Notes: generated by a model from the letters alone, not told the origin. 64,000 nucleotides of DNA from Eledone cirrhosa (GCA_964016885.1 OZ024743.1:230020001-230084000), one strand, 5' to 3'. Counted from the first letter of the stretch, positions 1 through 13,775 are shown. A program made the numbers and translations.

Positions 1-2600
1 ATGCGGGACATATTCTTCATCACTCGTACCAAATCTGCGATCAGAATATTAAACTTAGCACTACTGGACATTGCTGAGTATTTGAGTATCCGGTATTTGG
101 AGGCCATGGGTTTAGCATAGTGTGAGTGGAGAATTTGGGCTCTCTCGTCTATAGTGTTAATCCAGAGTTCTGTGTCTAGTACAGGTTGTCTATTGTTAGG
201 GTTTTTGGAAGGGAAGTCGATAGTTACAGTTATACTCTGGTGTATGGAATTAGCTATCTGCTGGATGCTTTCCATCGTGCTACGTTCTAAATCAAACTTG
301 TTAGTGCTCTCCAGTGGGGATGTTCTTATAACTATATTGATATCGTCTACATAACGAGAGTACATGATGAGGTCTATGGAGCTCTCATTAAGGAGATCTT
401 TAAGTCTCCTTTCCTACCATACCATGAAAAGGTTAGCAACATCACCAGCTATGCTGACGCCAATGGCTGCTCCCTCATTTTGGGTGTAGATCTTCTCGTT
501 GAAGTTAAATATGTGGCCTTTTAGGGTAGTTTTGATACTAGCCCCTATTGCATGTGCGACCATTTTTCTTACCTGATCATTGTTTTGGGGGGTCCGTATA
601 GCTTTGGTCCACCCAATCTACCTTCCCATGGGAGTATTTTTTGCCATTGAGGTTATGGTGGGGGGTCTACCTCTTATAGGTCTACTGGGGCAGAAACGTC
701 TAAGTCATGGCTGTCTAGGTAGTCAGTGTCGTAGGTAAGACTAAGTAGGAGGCCCAGTTCGTCTATGTCGACGTCGCAGAACTCCACCTCACTCTCAATG
801 ATCATCTCCACACATCCTTACACAGCAAAATCAAGTGACACCACATCCATGCTGCCTATTATGCAGTTGGATAGGTTCCTGTTTTTGTTGCATTCACTGA
901 TTCTGCTGAGGAGGTCCTCTGTACTGTCACATACATCTGGGGACATCTTGATTACGAGGCGTATAACCATTGAGAGGAAATAGGAGATCCTGTAGTTACT
1001 AGCTATATTAGCTCCGCATACGGGTCTTGTTGGTGGTCCTGTTGTCGGGTCGTTGACTGTCTTGTAGTCTTTGCGGAGCCCATACAGGGGTGGTATGCCA
1101 TTGTTAGACGCCTGGAGGTTGTTGGCAGTGCGTCTACTTGGCTTTAGGATGTCAGTCCACATCATCATGTGAGCGTTGAGGATTTTCTCTCTACCATCGT
1201 GTGTTTGTTGTGCAATTTCGCTCGTGTTGGTGATGTGGGGTTGCATAGCCTTAATGTAGTTCGGCATGCTGTCTATTGACATCCTACCAGACTTATCCGT
1301 GGGTAGACATACTACCTCACCATCCCTTGTGCGCTGCTTGAGGCTAACCAAGCCTTCTACAGGTTTCCTCCCAAGTTGTTGGGCCTCTGGTCTGCTCTGT
1401 CTCTTAGTATACCGGTCTACTATTTGTCTAATCTTATTTCTAGCTATGGTGAACTGTGCCTCTGTCTCGTCATCTATTTGTTGTGGTATGCAAACTCTTT
1501 TATTAAAGGGTAACCTCGTAGGATAGATATTACCCATCTAATATGTTTTGTCAGCTGGGTTGAAAAATAGTTTCTCTAAGGGGTTGTCATTATATCTATC
1601 GTCATAGTTGTGTGTGTTGCTATTATTGTTATCATGGTGGTTGTTGTTGTTTCTATCATTAGCATTATTATTATTGTTATGATTGCTAGATGTATTGTTG
1701 TTTACATCACCGTTATTGTTGTTGTTACTGTTATTTCTACCATTGTGGTTGTTACTTTTATTATGTTTCTTGTTTTTGTTGTGTCTATCATTGATGTTGC
1801 TACATGTACTATTTCCATTATTACCACTGTGGTTATTGTTGTTGTTGTTCGTATTGTTACCGTTATTACTACTGTGGTCGCTGCTGCTGTGTCTGTGGTT
1901 AATGTTTCTATTATTATTATTATTGTGGTTGTTGTTGTTCTGTCTATCGTTAGTATTATTACCATTATCACTATTTCTCACTTTCCTGCTATTGTTATTG
2001 TTATGGCTGTTATTTCTATACTCAGAGTTATTGTTTATATTACTACTACCGTTATTATTGTTGTTGTTGTTGTTGTTGTTGTTTACCTTTGCATTCCAAC
2101 GTATTTTTGTGAAACACTTTTCCAGATCCGGTTTGCACTCCATAGGGTTAATCTTTTTGTAGATGGCAAAATTTGGTGGTAGCCGCAGGATTTGTTGTTC
2201 TTGTTCACTGATTAATGTGTTCCCATAAATATTTACTGTGTGGTCATTGGTAAATTCTGCCGGTAGTTTTACATCAGTCATACGGATATTGTTGATGTTA
2301 TCTGGGTATTTTTGAGAATATTCTATTTTCCTTTCTTGTAGATTTTTCTTATTCATCCATTCTAATTTCTTATTGAAATGCCTATTGCATTCGTTTCGGG
2401 CGTATTTCGTTTCACGTCGGACGACGCTCATGAAGTTATCCCTCTCATTTGGTGTGGTGAGATCTCGGACTTCCTTGCCGTTAATGCGTTTCTGTCTGTA
2501 AAGTTCGTTGACTTTTGTGTATGTTGTTCTTTTCATATTAACTGTTATTGTGTGTTTTAGTGGTTCAGCTTGTGTTTTGTTCAATAATAAATTATTTACT
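1..2600 (-). mobile_element. PLE family A (possibly Nematis-like): N-terminal and RT region, disabled, runs off the left edge
   Basis: ORFs 1538-2584 and 818-1537 are in frame across one TAG and carry PLE motifs (LPTDKSGR, LYGLRKDYK, PTRPVC, IIGSMDVVSL). Positions 1-737 are the reverse complement of 2610-3339. Clade name is tentative. Confidence 0.9.
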
Positions 2601-2609
2601 TGTTTTGAT

Positions 2610-4631
2610 ACCTACAACACTAACTACCTAGACAGCCATGACCTAAGACGTTTCTGCCCTAGTAGACCTATAAGAGGAAGACCATAACTTCAATGGCAAA
2701 AAAGACTCCCATGGGAAGGTGGATTGGGTGGACCAAAGCTATACGAACCCCCCAAAACAATGATCAGGTAAGAAAAATGGTCGCACATGCAATAGGGGCT
2801 AGTATCAAAACTACCCTAAAGGGCCACATATTTAAGTTCAACGAGAAGATCTACACCCAAAATGAGGGAGCAGCCATTGGCGTCAGCATAGCTGGTGATG
2901 TTGCCAACCTTTTCATGGTATGGTGGGAAAGGAGACTTAAAGATCTCCTTAATGAGAGCTCCATAGACCTCATCATGTACTCTCGTTATGTAGACGATAT
3001 CAATATAGTTATAAGAACATCCCCACTAGAGAGCACTAACAAGTTTGATTTAGAACGTAGCACAATGGAAAGCATCCCGCAGATAGCTAATTCCATACAC
3101 CAGAGTATAACTGTAACTATCGACTTCCCTTCCAAACACCCTAACAATAGACTAACTGTATTAGACACAGAACTCTGGATTAACACTATAGACGAGAGGG
3201 CCCAAATTCTCCACTCACACTATGCTAAACCCATGGCCTCCAAATACCTGATACTCAAAAACTCAGCAATGTCCAGTAGTGCTAAGTTTAATATTCTGAT
3301 CGCAGATTTGGTACGAGTGATTAAGAATGTGTCCCGCATGTGCGACCCAACAGAAATGGAAAGACACATCCAACACTTCATCAACCGCATGCAGTTCTCT
3401 GGCTACAACCAAAGGGACAGAGTCAGAGTATACGAAGGAGCCATGGGGAAGTATAAGACCCTCATAGAACTGGACATGAACGGAATTTGCCCATTATACA
3501 GGAGCAAATCATGGAATAGCTTAGATAGAGCTAGACATATGTTAGGGAAAGCCACTTCATGGTACGACAACCAGAGATACCAGAGTGTCATGTTTGTGGA
3601 CGCTACCCCTGGAGGGACTTAGCTAACCAGTGTAGAAAGACCGTGAGAAAGACCCACTTAAAAATTAAGGTGGTAGAAAAGCCAGGAACCACCATAAAAT
3701 CCCTGATCAGCAAAACCTACCCTTTTAAGAAAACCCACTGTACCAATAGGAAATGTATCATATGTAAGGTAAACCCCCGGATAAACTGTAAAACTAGAAA
3801 CGTAGTCTATAGCATAAGATGAACAGAGGGTACTTGCAGAAACATGACAACAACATACATAGGTGAGACAGCTCGTAGCATAGGTGAAAGGATAGACCAA
3901 CACTGGGGGGAACTAAAAGGACGAAAAAACGGGTCAGTACTATACGAACATGCTAGACAACAACATGACGGTAACATAGACAACATAGAAATTAGAATAA
4001 TATCTAAACATAGAAATGACCCAGCAGATAGGGAAATCAGAGAGGCCAGTGAAATAGAAATTAGAAGACCAAGACTAAACAGAAAGAATGAATGGAATAA
4101 CAACGACACCCAAACAAACAACACTGACCTAAGAGAAGTATAAATAAGTAAATAAAATAAAATAAATAAATAAATAAATAAATACATACACAAGCACAAT
4201 AACAACAAGCACATAAACACACACTAGTCACCCGTCACACAGCAAACAAAACACTATACACACACGCAAACGCATGCGCAAAGAAGACAAAATAAAATAA
4301 ACAAACAAGCAAATAAATAAATAAATATATAGACAGACTGAATGAAAATGACGTAGACATACAATACAACAGGAGGAAACGATAGCACCACTGACGATGT
4401 TGCAGATGTGCAACGAAAGATTTATGATAAACTATATATATGAGTTTGTGTCTATATTGTATCTGTATTATTTTTGACCGTCGGTCAGTCAATGGCAACA
4501 TTGAGGACCGAGTAAGTTAGATTACCGATATAAAAGTCACAGAAGCGAGAAGCGAAAACCAACCAAACAGTGAATGTGTTCTGTTATTAATTCTGGCAAT
4601 ATTACACAAATATGACCCTCCCCAAGTATAA

Positions 4632-4634
<3 letters not shown>
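2610..4634 (+). mobile_element. PLE family A, 5'-truncated copy (RT C-half, thumb, GIY-YIG, 3' pLTR)
   Basis: ORF 2693-3622 has YTQNEGAAIG, YSRYVDD and VLDT. After a frameshift near 3610 come a Cys-rich linker and NVVY...YIGET...H...H...LNRKNEW (3559-4143). The 3' end abuts (TA)n. Confidence 0.92.
4387..4428 (+). ncRNA. Type-I hammerhead ribozyme motif in family A pLTR
   Basis: acca-CTGACGA-t-gttgca(gatg)tgcaac-GAAA-gatt-ta-tgat, with one mismatch in stem I. Second copy at 35311-35352 (-). Confidence 0.7.
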
Positions 4635-4681
<47 letters not shown>

Positions 4682-4696
4682 TCCCATCACTATGGA

Positions 4697-4760
4697 TGTA
4701 TCCCCATCACTATATGTCTGTCTATCTCTCTCTCTCACACACACAGATATATATTTAGAT

Positions 4761-4836
<76 letters not shown>

Positions 4837-4871
4837 ACACACACATACACACATATATATATATATATATA

Positions 4872-4902
<31 letters not shown>

Positions 4903-4964
4903 ATAAATATATATCTGTGTGTGTGAGAGAGAGAGATAGACAGACATATAGTGATGGGGATACA
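4697..4964. repeat. Inverted repeat enclosing (CA)n/(TA)n/(TG)n
   Basis: ~60-bp perfect arms: tgtatccccatcactatatgtc... / ...gacatatagtgatggggataca. Confidence 0.85.
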
Positions 4965-5199
4965 AGGAGAGACAATAGGAGAAGGGGAGAGATTATATGC
5001 GAGAAAACTGCCTTTTTCTGTCGCCTCAAATTGGTTAAATGTTATTTGTCGTTTAGCACCGGTTAAGCCTATTCCACGTCTACTGATGATTTCCTTGTGC
5101 ATGTATTTATGTATATGTTGTATGTAGGAGCGAAGCCGCCATTAAAGTCAGCGATGCAGTTGCCTCGGGCGCAGACACCAGAGAGGTGCAATAGAGAAA

Positions 5200-5530
5200 G
5201 GTAAAGGATCAAAGTGTTATACGACTAGGAATAATTCCCTGCAATCAATAAATAAATCGCTAAACATTCGAAATGAGAGATCACAGCTTTGATACTACAG
5301 GCACGTGGTTAGAATGCCTAAGAAAAGAATCACCGGACAGATTTAACGGTGGTAGACCCCCGAACGATATGGTTGGATAATATCAATGACCTCGGCTGGT
5401 CTCGCTTGGGGAAACAGCTGGATCAACTAGAGACAGTTGCTTCTGACAGGACTCGCTGAAAGGAGTGTTTGAGAAATCTGAACCAACGATCCTCCCAAGA
5501 AGAAGAAGAAGAAAAAGAAGAAGAAGAAGA
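5200..5530 (+). mobile_element. Degenerate RTE-clade LINE 3' end with (GAA)n tail
   Basis: Broken translation ERSQL*YYRHVVRMP...RPRTIWLDNINDLGWSRLG...LETVASDR matches the RTE C-terminus. Confidence 0.7.
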
Positions 5531-5733
5531 TTCTTTGCTAGGTAGAAGCGATATGAGGTGCATCGTATTGGTTTATGATCTGAGACTTGATTTGTCATGG
5601 TTGAGTGTATAGTGCAAATCTAAACGTCAGTTATGATCCGCACAGTATATTGGAGGAGGCACTTTCAAACTGGTCCTTCATCGGGTACGCGGACACATAT
5701 TTTCATCAACGGATGTCCAATATATATATATAT

Positions 5734-5924
5734 ATAATTGTTTCTACTTTAGGCACAAGGCCAGCAATTATCCAGTGCATTACTGGTACTTTATTTTATC
5801 GACCCCGTAAGGATGAAAGGCAAAGTTAACCTCGGCGGGATTTGAACTCAGTCCGTAAAGGGACGTAACTATGCTGCAAAGCATGGCGTCCGACCATCTA
5901 CCGATACTGCCAATCCAGCGCCCT
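5734..5924 (-). mobile_element. tRNA-derived SINE (dominant family, Meta/MESC-like core)
   Basis: A-box-like tggcagtatcgg, B-box gagttcaaatcc, core gcctttcatccttacggggtcgataaaataaagtaccag; recurs more than 12 times in the window. Confidence 0.85.
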
Positions 5925-6176
5925 ATATATATAATATATATATATAATATATATATATATATATGATGTGAAATAAAATGTTTGCTCAAGGACACCAGAT
6001 GCGTCGCCAAGAATCGAACTCACGGCCCTTTGATCGTCAACCCAATAGCCTAACCGCAAATCCATGCACCTTTACAAACACAAAAATATCAAACACTAAA
6101 GGAACAGAACAACACCAACCATAACATTACCACTGGCCACAGTGACAACCACAACATAACAAAAATAACAATAACA

Positions 6177-6785
6177 ATGATTTCTAATTTATGCACAATG
6201 ACCAGTAATTTAGGAGGAATTAGGTTGGGGTGGATAGGTTGATTAAAGCGACCCCTGTATTTCACTGTTCCTTTTTTTATGGACCAACATCGGGATTCGA
6301 ATTCAGTACATATGTTACAATGCATTTTTTCCGACGTCCTAAATATTCTGTCAATCTACTGTTCCAACAACAAATAATAACAAAAACAACAATAATAATG
6401 GTTTATGATTTAGGAACAAGGCCATCAATTGTGGAGGAGGGGAAAGTCGATTAAATAGACCCAGTGTGTAACTGGTACTTTATTTCATCGACCCCGTAAG
6501 AATGAAAGGCAAAGTTAACCTCGACGGGACTTGATCTCAGACCCTAAAAGGCCGTAACTCTATGCTGCAAACCATATTGTCTGACGCTTTTCCGATATTG
6601 CCAATCTACCGCCCTAATGATTTCTGATTTTGACAACAATTTGGCGGGTGGAGAAAGTCGATTAAATCGACCCCAGTTTGTTAGTGGTACTTTATTTTAT
6701 CTAGGCATTGCTAAACTCGGCAGGATTTGAACTCAGAAGGTGAAGGGCCATAACTCTATGTCTCGGAGCATGTTGTCCGACCCTT
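6177..6785 (-). mobile_element. Cluster of three SINE copies (best copy 6398-6615)
   Basis: Same motifs as 5734-5924, more diverged. Confidence 0.75.
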
Positions 6786-7002
6786 CAGTCAAGCTTGGTC
6801 ATGTCACATGTTTGAACAAGTCAATAGTTTCCATTGTTATGTAAACGAACCCAACCTTCCTCAATTCCCCCACCTTGTTTCCTCACATCACCACCTTTCT
6901 CTTTTACCTCTTCCTATTCCTCCTTGTCATTTCCTTCACTGATTTGTCTTTATTAGACTGTCAGTGTGGTCGTTATCTATTGTTATTATTACGATTGTCA
7001 TC

Positions 7003-7197
7003 AGGGCAGTGGCTTGGCTTTGCAGCATAGAGTTATGACCCTTTATGATCTGAGTTCAAATCCGCCGAGGTTAAATTTGCTTTTCATCCTTACGGGATCG
7101 ATAAAATAAAGCACCAATAATGCACTGGGGTCGATTTAAGCAACTTTGCCCTCATCCCCCAATTGCTGGCCTTGTGCCTATAGTAGAAATATTTATT
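7003..7197 (+). mobile_element. tRNA-derived SINE (dominant family)
   Basis: Family core sequence. Confidence 0.8.
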
Positions 7198-7659
7198 ACG
7201 ATTGTTATCTCCACTGCCACCACCACCGCCTCCATCATTATCATTATCAACATCATTCTCATCATCAACACTATCTTCTTCATCATGATCGTCATCAACA
7301 TTACAACATCATTATCATTTTCATCGCCACAACACAAATGTTGAACTAGGGCTTGAACTAACCAGTCTCAACATTGGGGGATGGGGGAACGAGACGAGTG
7401 TCTAATCGTTGAGTTAACCTTCTAGATATAGAAGCCAAATCTGCCTCAAATCACATCATTAGATAAAGTACTACCATGTATGTTTAGAATTAGACTTGAT
7501 TGTCATAAATGGAACTCCTTTGAACATTTTTCAGCTGGACCAGGCATGCCTGAGGTAAAAGAAGTTCAACAGCAACACTACCAAGGTTTCTACAATTATG
7601 TGTGTTGTACCTTCGTCGGTTCCGACGAGTTTTTCAATGGTTTAAACAACGTGACAGTC

Positions 7660-7915
7660 TACTGTTGAAATTAACGTGCAAGTGGCTAAGTTATCCACAG
7701 ATACATCCACCCTTAACACAGTTCTCAAGATTTAGCGTGAAAGAATGTAGAACAATGCTGACCATTTGAATTATTGGTACAACTTTTTTTCCCACGTGAA
7801 TGAACTGGAGCAATGCCAAATAAAGTGTCTTGTCCAAGGGTACCGCATCGTGTCCAAGCACCGTATGAAATCACGATCTTGAACTAAACACCTTAACCAC
7901 TAAGCCACGTGCTTT
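7660..7915 (-). mobile_element. Second SINE family (tRNA head plus CORE-like body), diverged
   Basis: Reverse similarity to 40701-40965 (tggcttagtggtta...cttggacaagacactttattt...tgctccagttcattca). Confidence 0.6.
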
Positions 7916-8493
7916 CAATATGATAATTATACCTTACCATATACATCACTACTATCACCATTACTATAGTAAGACGAAATTACCATTAATATCACTACCA
8001 GCTTCACCTCAAAAAGTCTATTGACACAACCAATATCAATGATACTATCATCACCACGAGCGACTCTGCTATCATCACCCCAACCAAACCTACTAACACT
8101 CTATTGCAAAAAACACTACCATTATAACCAGAATTAATATCAACACTACAACACTATAGCTAACATCAATGCCAGCACTATAACACTGACACTAACACCA
8201 AAACCAAAGATAATACCATTTCTATCACCACTGCCAATACCATAAGTAACACTAGAATAATACCACCAACACTAAAATCATTTTTAATACCAATACTATC
8301 ACAACTACCAACACCAAAACGAAGAAAACAAGACTACCGCTAAAATCAACGTTAATTCCAACACCAAAACCAAAACTGCAACAATACTACTAACACCAAA
8401 ACCAATATCAATACCAACATCATAAAAAAACACTACAAGTACATAAAGTACTATAAACACTACCCCAACGCTTCCATTATTACAACCAACACA

Positions 8494-8693
8494 AGGGCAG
8501 TGGATTGGCAGTATCGGTAAGGGCTGGACGCTATGCTTTGCAGCATAGAGTTATGGCCATTTATGATCTGAGTTCAAAACCCGCCGAGGTTAACTTTGCC
8601 TTTCATCCTTATGGGGTCGATAAAATAAAGTACCAGTCACGCACTGGGGTTGATTTAATCGACTTTCCCCTCCCCCCGAAAATTGCTGGCCTT
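8494..8693 (+). mobile_element. tRNA-derived SINE (dominant family)
   Basis: Near-consensus copy. Confidence 0.85.
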
Positions 8694-9019
8694 AAGAAAC
8701 CATTATCACAACTAACACTAATTTATCACGGAAACTAACACTATAACCAAAGAATTATCACCATAGCCAACATCTCAACACCATTGCCAACGATATTACA
8801 ACACGGGAACAATGACGTAAAAAAAAAGAATCAACATTTGTACCAACAATACTAGCAGTTATCCCAGTGTAGTAAAGTACCAGTAATACACTGAATTAAT
8901 TGCTGACCTTGTGCCAAATGTAGATACAGTTATTATCCATACAAGGATTTAGAACCAAAATTTAGCGAATCATAGAATTTAATGGTGTTCTTATTACTTA
9001 CATTATAAGTGGTGATTAT

Positions 9020-9020
9020 T

Positions 9021-9071
<51 letters not shown>

Positions 9072-9105
9072 GTAGTAGTCGTAGTCGTAGTCGTAGTAGT
9101 AGTCA

Positions 9106-9141
<36 letters not shown>
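9020..9141. repeat. (GTA)n microsatellite
   Basis: Seen directly. Confidence 0.95.
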
Positions 9142-9143
<2 letters not shown>

Positions 9144-9531
9144 TTGGTGGTAGTAATATTGGTAGTTGTGAATATTAACATAAAGTTGGTAGAAATACTT
9201 AATGGTTCAAATAGAAGGGTAGCTTGATGATCATGGTGGTGTCAATGGTGGTGATAGAGCTGGCGGTTCATATTAGTAATTAGAAATGTGTCTATTTCAT
9301 GAATACCTGTATATACTTGTGTGTGTGTGTGTGTGTGTGTGTGGTTTAATAACAAGACAATTAAATAATGATAACGCGAATTAATCGAAAGGAAACAGCC
9401 CAGGAAGATTAACGACCGTCACTAACTTCACCATGAACTCAACCACCATCACCACAAACAATGAAGATCACCACTATCACTAGCACTACCACCAGAAATT
9501 TCAAACCACATTATCTACCATCGTCTTTCCT

Positions 9532-9673
<142 letters not shown>

Positions 9674-9843
9674 CTATGAAAACATTGTAATTGGTGTGGT
9701 CTAGCAGGATAGTTTACAACAGTTAAAAATATGAAGTGCTTTATTTATATATTACTTATTTAATTTTGTGGCTCGTTGTTTGGTCAAGAGCCATTTGAAC
9801 AGGATATGCAGGGTGGCAGACTCAGCAGGATGAATAGGGTGTG

Positions 9844-9899
<56 letters not shown>

Positions 9900-9959
9900 T
9901 TCCACAGGAATAGAACGTTTTCGTTCATAAGAAATTATCAGGAAAGCTCTGATGAATTC

Positions 9960-11250
9960 TGGGAATGGATCCACACCAACTTCTACCGCAAGGCAGCCTG
10001 CAGAAACTTGTTTCTCCACTACAAGTCTTCCCTCCCTAACAGTGCTAAAAGAGGATACGTCACGAACGAGATCACGCGAATTAAAAACAGACGCAGCGAT
10101 CCCCCGAGTGGTGTCACCCATACCAAGCGATTCCTCAAAGTGCTGGAGACGAACGGGTAACCTGCCTCGCTCACAAACAGAATAAGAGACATCAAACGCA
10201 AGAGGCAGAGAAACACCCAAGGCAAGTGCTTCCTTAAAATACCACACCTGGGCGAGAATACCACCAACGCTATGCGCAGGGCTATACGGAGGGAGGGCCT
10301 CGACATCCACCTGGCCAACCCGGGCCCCTCCCTGCGAAGATGCCTCTCCACGAAACCCGGGAAATCGACTGACACGTGTTCCCTCAGAAACTGCCCGATG
10401 CGCCATACGAACTGTTGCTTACGCACATACCTCGTGTATAAGATAGAAAGGACAAGCGCAACCACAACTATATCGGTAGCACAATCCCGCCGCTACACAT
10501 CCGGATCAAGGAGCACATCAACACCAAGGCCTCGTCTTTCCGGAATCACATAACAAATGCGGAAACAAATACGGAAGGCCCATTGTCTCAGTGCTACCGA
10601 CAGAATGCAACGTCGGCACGTTACGAATCAAGGAAGCACCTTGGATCAAACGCCTAGGGCCACACATAAATAACTGATCCGAGAGAAGCGAAATGAGGTG
10701 GTTGGTATAAACAAACGAGGCAACAACATACACAAGCGAGACAACAACACACGCACACACACACACACACAGTAGCATTCCACCATACGAATATACCACA
10801 TTGCTAATACAGAAACCAGCACAAATAGATAATACAATGGATTGACAGCTAACGCCACCCCACTCCCACAATTAAAAGAACTATTTCCGCCGTCGATTTT
10901 TGCTTGACCGGACTGATTCCGCGCGCACACGCGCTTTGCTGAATACCTCAGTTATTCAAAACAACGAACAGCAGAGGACACGTATCGCTCCTCTCCGACA
11001 GAAAACCTGCCCCCCCCCCCCCCCCCCTGAACACCCCCCAGTTGATGGATGTGAATCAGAAATATAGGGACAATTAAATCTCTCCCAAGGTAACTCTATC
11101 TCGTGTTATTATTTTTATTTTTTACACTCTTTCCTACGTTCCTCTACACACTATACATCTCATTCTACATTCACCTACATCTCTCTTCAGCACCGGATCT
11201 TGTTACCCTGAGAATTACCCATCTGCAATGTTGAGGCTTCCAAAACGACA
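9960..11250 (+). mobile_element. Poseidon-like PLE 3' fragment (thumb plus GIY-YIG), frameshifted
   Basis: IHTNFYRKAA...RAIRREGLDIHLANPGPSLR...CSLRNCP...YLVYKIE, homologous to ORF 53746-54891. Confidence 0.85.
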
Positions 11251-11458
11251 AATATATATATATATATATATATATAATAGAAAAAGCATTATAAAAACTA
11301 TGTGTTGCGCATCGACCTGTTACGCGCATTTCTAGTATATACACTCTGCCTGTGCATAGAGTGCTTGATTTTGGTACCAACATCATATATATATATATAT
11401 TCATACATGCATACATATCTATATCTCTCTATATATATATATGAATATATATATATTC

Positions 11459-11527
<69 letters not shown>

Positions 11528-11529
11528 GT

Positions 11530-13000
11530 ATAATAAACAATACATTATAACTACCTCATTACCAGAGATTTACCGAATAAGACGAATACAGGAAACGTCT
11601 TCATTCGTTCGTCGGTCAAGGCAATTTAAAACAGTGAAATATTTGAAAAATCTCCCCAAGAAGGGCAAAAGTTTAACGGGCAACCAAATATATAAATAAA
11701 AGCAATGCAAGAGATATATAAAAATATAATAAGGAAATATGGTTAGGGTATGTGTATAAATGTGTGTATATTCACTCACACATGTACATATGTGTGTATG
11801 TACAAATGCATGTGTATAGTGAAAAAATGTGTGCGTAAGTACATATATTAGGGCAAGCATATCAATGTATGTGTGACCACAAATACGTATATAATATATG
11901 TTGAAAAATAAATTGTAAGATAATAGAGTTAACGTTCATCCAGACTCAGGTACTAAGGATTGAAATATATACACATACAAGTATGAAAGCACGCGTATAA
12001 ACGCACACACGCGCGCAACCACATACATGCGAGTGATATATACAGGGAAGGGAGTGTATCAGTCAAAGCAGTGTCAGGCCGATACATATATAAAAATGAA
12101 AAAATGAAAAATATATAAGAATAAAAAAATTAAATCAAAGAGACAATAAGAGGGAGGGGTTATCAATTATAAAGTAACACTAGAAAAAATAGAAAACATA
12201 CATAGGTTCGTACGTACACATATATATATATATATATATAAATATATATGTAAATACGTACAGACAAAAGCACATACATGCGTACATACAAAGGCGCGCA
12301 TACATACACACGAAGCACATATGGATATTTCATTAAATATAATATGGCGTTAGATAAATGATAACATACACTAAAATAGAGCTAGATTTATAATTATGGA
12401 AATTATAATGCCTATTATCACATGGAAGGGAATTCACTATTTCATTTTTTGTCCTAAGCCGAATAGCTCGATCCCATAGTAATGTCAAAATCATTTGGAT
12501 GGTTTTTCCACATATAAGTTCACTAACTAGACAGGGAATTGATATTGTATTGGCTTCAAGAGGCATTTTCATAGCGTGGGCTGGTTGTGTTGGTTGGGAT
12601 GAAGAAATGTCTTACATGTCAAAAGAAAACAGCGGGTGATCCTCATGTGGTACGCGGCTTATGAAGTGATTTGCTCTACACGAGGCAACAGCGTTTTGAC
12701 ATGTCACCAATGTCTGGACACTGAACGCCTATATGTAGCATAGCTCTCCGAGTTTTCCGGAATGGCTTCTCCTCAGCTCATATCTAGATGAAACTATCCA
12801 CCCAACTTGGAACCTCGTTCCAGAATTTATTGATCTGGAGATATGGTCCGAAATAGACATATTAACAAGCCCCTTTACAGGTCCGTCGATTCAGTGGCAC
12901 GTGTTGCTATTCTCCATGGATTTGCCTTTCCAAGCCTCGAGCTACAAACCCAAGATCTGATTGATGGATTCTTCTATTACCAACTCGTACTTCTTCTGTA
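11530..13000 (-). mobile_element. Highly degenerate YRDD-type PLE 3' part
   Basis: Remnants (PCLVSELI...LW.RA, NEIV...FHNYK) resemble the C-termini of ORFs 28762 and 61979. A decayed CCGACGA hairpin lies near 11560-11620. Confidence 0.4.
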
Positions 13001-13655
13001 TAATATCAGCCTTAAGGTAACGTACACACCTATATTGACATAGCTTACCAGCACCCAGTTCAAGCAATGTATCTCTTAACAATTTTTACTCTACAGCAAC
13101 AGTCCAATAATCAAAGTGTACAGAAATGAAGCAACAAGTCACACTTGAAGTATCAAACGATCATCTGATTTGCACCTGATAGGTGACAATTTGCACTCGA
13201 CATATCCGTGTATATTGAAGCCATCTAGCCTCTAAATATGGGACCCAAGCTAACTGCTCTGAAGGCAAATACCAAGCACTGATAGTAGACATAATAGAAT
13301 TCTCCTGATTATTCCCAATCAGTGCTCCAGAGAAGATACTAAAACATGCAACATAATGTATAGGAAATAAAACCACCATCAGCAAAATAACACAACACAG
13401 GTTACAGCTATCTCTATACTACCACTATGCTATGATTGTGTCTATAATGTAAAACAGCCAAACCAGCGCATAATGGCAAAATTCTTTGAAAGTAAGTTGC
13501 CCCTGAAATAAAACAAGTTTCGCGTAAATCCGAGCACGGGTACCTTCATAAGTAGAGAGAGAGAAAGATAGAGAGAAATAGATAGTGGTTATCAGAGAGT
13601 AATGAATATTTCCTGCTTAATAATAAAGTGAGTGTGTGTGTGAGTATATATATAT

Positions 13656-13727
<72 letters not shown>

Positions 13728-13730
13728 GTG

Positions 13731-13774
<44 letters not shown>

Positions 13775-13775
13775 G

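Noticed and set aside
1610-2182. Hydrophobic Val/Leu-rich + strand ORFs (also 38591-39013, 48756-49579, 50111-50732)
   Set aside because: Antisense or direct readings of low-complexity repeats, not membrane proteins.
4144-4634. SECIS element in the family A 3' UTR
   Set aside because: No RTGA...GA quartet with a properly spaced helix and apical AA found by eye.
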